Assembly: GCA_039111535.1 (NCBI GenBank)
Contig: JBCCIM010000003.1
Span: forward strand, 4,974 to 68,973
Length of the DNA stretch: 64,000 nucleotides
Direction: 5' to 3'
Source: Bacteroidota bacterium
GTDB taxonomy: Bacteria; Bacteroidota; Rhodothermia; Rhodothermales; JAHQVL01
This document shows, piece after piece, positions 62,956-64,000 of the stretch. The translations under genes and the position numbers were made by a program. Numbering within the stretch: the stretch's first letter is position 1; each line of letters begins with the position of its first letter. Under the pieces are notes generated by a model. It made no database searches. It worked only from the letters and a program-made list of their open reading frames with translations, and was not told the DNA's origin.

Positions 62956-63578
62956 AATACTTTGCTTCTCTTTTGATTGGATGCTGTTTTCTTTTCACAG
63001 CACAGGCGCAACCCAGCATTTCCGGCTACGTGTATGAACTTCAATCCGGAGAGCCACTGGAAGGGGTGCGTGTACAGTTCAAAAACCGGCAGGGCCTGGA
63101 AATTGGCACCATGCAGGCTATATACACTGATGGTGAAGGGTATTACGAGTTTGCAAACGTAAAGCCACGGGAATATCGCGCTGAGATCACGCATGTGTTT
63201 GATACCTCCAACGGTCCCACGAGGCTACGCATTTTCACTATAAGAAACATCATTACTATAGACAGCTCAGACTACCAGCTCAATATTGCACTTTCACGAC
63301 TCGAAGCTGAGCGCGCTGCCACACGTGAAACATTCGCTTATAGATTCGTGAGTAAAGACGGGAAGACCCCCAATCGTGAAGTACGACGCGAGTACTACGA
63401 GGAAGAAATGCTTAAGCGATTTGGCCCAAGTTGGAAGAAAGTTGTAGCAAAACGGGAAGCTGAACATGGTATTTTTCAATCCCGAATGATCGATAGCAAT
63501 GGCAAGTTTTTCTATGGGGCGAGTGCAGAAATACTGACAGTAAATTCTTCGCAACTCAACGATAAAGCCACTAATTGA
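62952..63578 (+). CDS. Secreted protein with a carboxypeptidase-regulatory-like domain, paralog B
   Basis: ATGA overlap with paralog A. ISGYVYELQSGEPLEGVRVQFKNRQG...DGEGYYEF. Collinear similarity to paralog A runs through REYRAEITHVFDT. Confidence 0.65.
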   Translation: MKYFASLLIGCCFLFTAQAQPSISGYVYELQSGEPLEGVRVQFKNRQGLEIGTMQAIYTDGEGYYEFANVKPREYRAEITHVFDTSNGPTRLRIFTIRNIITIDSSDYQLNIALSRLEAERAATRETFAYRFVSKDGKTPNREVRREYYEEEMLKRFGPSWKKVVAKREAEHGIFQSRMIDSNGKFFYGASAEILTVNSSQLNDKATN

Positions 63579-63651
63579 ATAAATACATTCAAAGGGATGC
63601 AGCATTCGATATCCGGGCTTTGCAGGCTTGGCCGGCACCGTTAGTCATGTA

Positions 63652-63829
63652 AAACTGTAGCGTGCCCAGATGCTTCGCAAGGCTCAGCATGACATGGATG
63701 GGGCAAGTTGCCATTCCCAACACATCAATACCAATAGACATACTTCGGGCCGTTAATTGACCGAAACTGCAGTTCGCCCAGATGCTTCGCAAGGCTCAGC
63801 ATGACATGGGTGGGGCAATTCGTCATTCC
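63652..63829. repeat. Two direct copies (63652-63717 and 63764-63829, about 88% identical) of a 66-bp interspersed element of the 'MLSLAKHLG' type
   Basis: aaactg.ag...gcccagatgcttcgcaaggctcagcatgacatgg.tggggcaa.t.g.cattcc occurs twice, 112 bp apart. The minus-strand ORFs 63589..63792 and 63725..63955 simply translate these copies (..HVMLSLAKHLG..). Confidence 0.8.
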
Positions 63830-63835
63830 ACAACT

Positions 63836-63884
63836 CTCCTCTCGAGAGGAGACAGGCCGGCTAAGCCGGCCAGAGGTGTGTCTC
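63836..63884. repeat. Nested palindromes/hairpins
   Basis: CTCCTCTCGAGAGGAG (63836-63851) is a perfect 16-bp palindrome. GGCCGGC-taa-GCCGGCC lies at 63855-63871. The outer stem is GAGACA (63849-63854) / TGTCTC (63879-63884). Confidence 0.7.
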
Positions 63885-64000
63885 GCGCCCCCCCAGCGGC
63901 CTAAATCACCCAAATAACCGGCATCACACCCCACATCCCCCGTAAAACGCAACACTTCAGCCGCGCAAGATGTATATGGAAGGTGTATATTACCCTACCT

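Noticed and set aside
62314-63578. Template/variable repeat pair of a diversity-generating retroelement (two similar ~200-nt segments)
   Set aside because: Divergence is spread over all base types and codon positions, as in ordinary paralogs. No reverse transcriptase gene is present in the window.
63589-63955. ORFs 63589..63792 and 63725..63955 (minus strand) as protein genes
   Set aside because: Both are translations of the two copies of the interspersed repeat (shared ...HVMLSLAKHLG...). This is a known type of spurious ORF in repeat elements.

Overview
This is a gene-dense chromosomal segment with about 55 protein genes. I recognised no rRNA, tRNA, CRISPR array, integrase or transposase. 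The gene content points to an FCB-group bacterium (Bacteroidota sensu lato, Rhodothermota/Balneolota-like). That taxonomic call is an inference from the PorU/PorV type IX secretion (T9SS) genes, the many proteins ending in a T9SS C-terminal sorting domain (CTD, 'YPNPF...' type), LytTR and BlaI/BlaR1-TonB regulators, and 'MLSLAKHLG'-type hairpin repeats.

Housekeeping genes include gap, pgk, nadA, a lolD-like ABC ATPase, an NtrC-type regulator, a sodium:solute symporter, a DAACS transporter, an AlkA-like glycosylase and YpfJ.

The most notable block is a 13.8-kb co-directional minus-strand array (32578..46420):
- PorU and PorV.
- A 1079-aa CTD protein whose M6-like metalloprotease motif has lost its zinc ligands.
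- A roughly 1125-aa protein fusing an HExxH domain, TolB-like propeller repeats and an Omp85-type barrel. Its plausible signal peptide is only reachable from a non-canonical CTG start.
- A TlpA-like oxidoreductase.
- A DUF5683-like protein.

Other points:
- A secreted Fn3x4-SGNH protein carries a complete T9SS CTD-like domain internally.
- An orphan Rad52/DdrA-like gene lies outside any visible prophage.
- A four-gene BlaI / BlaR1-TonB_C / two-paralog operon is translationally coupled and has twin operator palindromes.
- There are several interspersed and tandem hairpin repeat families.
- A long M14 carboxypeptidase ORF (1..2551, minus strand) is missing from the ORF track because it runs off the window edge.

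All family assignments come from reading motifs by eye. No database search was run.
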